From Eledone cirrhosa (taxonomy: Eukaryota): 64,000 bases of DNA. Made by a program: the position numbers and the translations under genes. Location: contig OZ024740.1 of NCBI GenBank assembly GCA_964016885.1, forward strand, positions 57,846,001 to 57,910,000. The letters are read 5' to 3'. Position 1 is the stretch's first letter. Each line of letters begins with the position of its first letter. Below, piece by piece: positions 61,101-64,000 of the stretch. The notes beneath the pieces were generated by a model. That model was not told the DNA's origin and did not search any database. It was given only the letters and a program-made list of their open reading frames with translations.

Positions 61101-64000
61101 AGATGGTATTCTCAAACCAGAGATCTAACCTGAATGAGGAGAGGGAGAGAGAAGAAGGTATTCTCAAACCAGAGATCTAACCTGAATGAGGTGAGGGAGA
61201 GAGAGAAGGTATTCTCAAACCAGAGATCTAACCTGAATGAGGGGAGGGAGAGAGAAGAAGGTATTCTCAAACCAGAGATCTAACCTGAATGAGGGGAGGG
61301 AGAGAGAAGAAGGTATTCTCAAACCAGAGATCTAACCTGAATGAGGGGAGGGAGAGAGAAGAAGGTATTCTCAAACCAGAGATCTAACCTGAATGAGGGG
61401 AGGGAGAGAGAAGAAGGTATTCTCAAACCAGAGATCTAACATGAATGAGGGGAGGGAGAGAGAAGAAGGTATTCTCAAACCAGAGATCTAACCTGAATGA
61501 GGGGAGGGAGAGAGAGAAGAAGGTATTCTCAAACCAGAGATCTAACCTGAATGAGGGGAGGGAGAGAGAAGAAGGTATTCTCAAACCAGAGATCTAACCT
61601 GAATGAGGGGAGGGAGAGAGAGAAGGTATTCTCAAACCAGAGATCTAACCTGAATGAGGGGAGGGAGAGAGAGATGGTATTCTCAAACCAGAGATCTAAC
61701 CTGAATGAGGAGAGGGAGAGAGAAGAAGGTATTCTCAAACCAGAGATCTAACCTGAATGAGGGGAGGGAGAGAGAGAAGAAGGTATTCTCAAACCAGGGA
61801 TCTAACCTGAATGAGGGGAGGGAGAGAGAAGAAGGTATTCTCAAACCAGAGATCTAACCTGAATGAGGGGAGGGAGAGAGAAGAAGGTATTCTCAAACCA
61901 GAGATCTAACCTGAATGAGGGGAGGGAGAGAGAAGAAGGTATTCTCAAACCAGAGATCTAACCTGAATGAGGAGAGGGAGAGAGAAGAAGGTATTCTCAA
62001 ACCAGAGATCTAACCTGAATGAGGGGAGGGAGAGAGAAGAAAGTATTCTCAAACCAGAGATCTAACCTGAATGAGGGGAGGGAGAGGGAGGAAGGTTTTC
62101 TGAAACCAGAGATCTAACCTGAATGAGAGGAGGGAGAGAGAGAGAGAGAGAAGAAGGTATTCTCAAACCAGAGATCTGACCTGAATGAGGGGAGGGAGAG
62201 AGGGAAGAAGGTATTCTCAAACCAGAGATCTAAACTGAATGAGGGGAGGGAGAGAGAAGAAGGTATTCTCAAACCAGAGATCTAACCTGAATGAGGGGAG
62301 GGAGAGAGAAAAAGGTATTCTCAAACCAGATATCAAACCTGAATGAGGGGAGGGAAAGAGAAGAAGGTATTCTCAAACCAGAGATCTAACCTGAATGAGG
62401 TGAGGGAGAGAGAGAGAAGAAGGTATTCTCAAACCAGAGATCTAACCTGAATGAGGGGAGGGAGAGAGAAGAAGGTATTCTCAAACCAGAGATCTAACCT
62501 GAATGATGAGAGGGAGAGAGAAGAAGGTATTCTCAAACCAGAGATGTAACGTGAATGAGAGGAGGGAGAGAGAAGAAGGTATTCTCAAACCAGATATCTA
62601 ACCTGAATGAGGGGAGGGAAAGAGAAGAAGGTATTCTCAAACCAGAGATCTAACCTGAATGAGGGGAGGGAGAGAGAAAAAGGTATTCTCAAACCAGATA
62701 TCAAACCTGAATGAGGGGAGGGAAAGAGAACAAGGTATTCTCAAACCAGAGATCTAACCTGAATGAGGGGAGGGAGAGAGAAAAAGGTATTCTCAAACCA
62801 GATATCAAACCTGAATGAGGGGAGGGAAAGAGAACAAGGTATTCTCAAACCAGAGATCTAACCTGAATGAGGGGAGGGAGAGAGAAAAAGGTATTCTCAA
62901 ACCAGATATCAAACCTGAATGAGGGGAGGGAAAGAGAACAAGGTATTCTCAAACCAGAGATCTAACCTGAATGAGGGGAGGGAGAGAGAAAAAGGTATTC
63001 TCAAACCAGATATCAAACCTGAATGAGGGGAGGGAAAGAGAACAAGGTATTCTCAAACCAGAGATCTAACCTGAATGAGGGGAGGGAGAGAGAAAAAGGT
63101 ATTCTCAAACCAGATATCAAACCTGAATGAGGGGAGGGAGAGAGAAAAAGGTATTCTCAAACCAGATATCAAACCTGAATGATGAGAGGGAGAGAGAAGA
63201 AGGTATTCTCAAACCAGAGATCTAACCTGAATGAGGGGAGGGAGAGAGAAAAAGGTATTCTCAAACCAGATATCAAACCTGAATGATGAGAGGGAGAGAG
63301 AAGAAGGTATTCTCAAACCAGAGATCTAACCTGAATGAGGGGAGGGAGAGAGAAAAAGGTATTCTCAAACCAGATATCAAACCTGAATGATGAGAGGGAG
63401 AGAGAAGAAGGTATTCTCAAACCAGAGATCTAACCTGAATGAGGGGAGGGAAAGAGAAGAAGGTATTCTCAAACCAGAGATCTAACCTGAATGAGGGGAG
63501 GGAGAGAGAGAGAAGAAGGTATTCTCAAACCAGAGATCTAACCTGAATGAGGGGAGGGAGAGAGAAGAAGGTATTCTCAAACCAGAGATCTAACCTGAAT
63601 GATGAGAGGGAGAGAGAAGAAGGTATTCTCAAACCAGAGATCTAACCTGAATGAGGGGAGGGAAAGAGAAGAAGGTATTCTCAAACCAGAGATCTAACCT
63701 GAATGAGGGGAGGGAGAGAGAGAGAAGAAGGTATTCTCAAACCAGAGATCTAACCTGAATGAGGGGAGGGAAAGAGAAGAAGGTATTCTCAAACCAGAGA
63801 TCTAACCTGAATGAGGGGAGGGAGAGAGAGAGAAGAAGGTATTCTCAAACCAGAGATCTAACCTGAATGAGGGGAGGGAGAGAGAAGAAGGTATTCTCAA
63901 ACCAGAGATCTAACCTGAATGAGGGGAGGGAGAGAGAGAGAAGAAGGTATTCTCAAACCAGAGATGTAACGTGAATGAGAGGAGGGAGAGAGAAGAAGGT
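34159..64000. repeat. ~52-bp satellite array, at least 29.8 kb (roughly 570 monomers), running off the window end
   Basis: Consensus ggtattctcaaaccagagatctaacctgaatgaggggagggagagagaagaa. Length variants arise in the (GA)n part. Single orientation throughout. Confidence 0.98.

Noticed and set aside
34159-64000. CRISPR-like constant/variable alternation and many short ORFs
   Set aside because: The variable parts are slippage variants of one (GA)-rich sequence rather than unique spacers, there are no cas genes, and the ORFs are satellite translations.

Overview
Eukaryotic, repeat-saturated DNA with no host protein-coding gene I can support. The SINE/LINE/microsatellite mix resembles cephalopod (octopus-like) genomes, which is inference only. 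0.2-12.2 kb is a stack of decayed retroelements: a near full-length Tx1/L1-clade LINE (-) with a solo LTR inside ORF1, a truncated Ty3/Gypsy-type LTR element (+) with a predicted -1 frameshift between gag and protease, and a 5'-truncated R4/Dong-type RLE element (+) ending in (TAA)n. 12-34 kb holds an RTE LINE with a PHD finger after the RT, CR1 fragments, tRNA-derived SINEs, two piggyBac-type MITEs and microsatellites. The most interesting feature is 23.24-26.04 kb: nine nearly identical 310-bp non-coding monomers (6 on -, 3 on +, arranged divergently inside a (TA)n tract). Each carries a minimal type I hammerhead ribozyme, which is the layout of a retrozyme or Penelope-like pLTR array. Two shorter microsatellite-embedded inverted duplications (20.7 kb, 26.8 kb) may be related. 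34.16 kb to the window end is a ~30-kb, ~52-bp purine-skewed satellite with irregular higher-order duplications.
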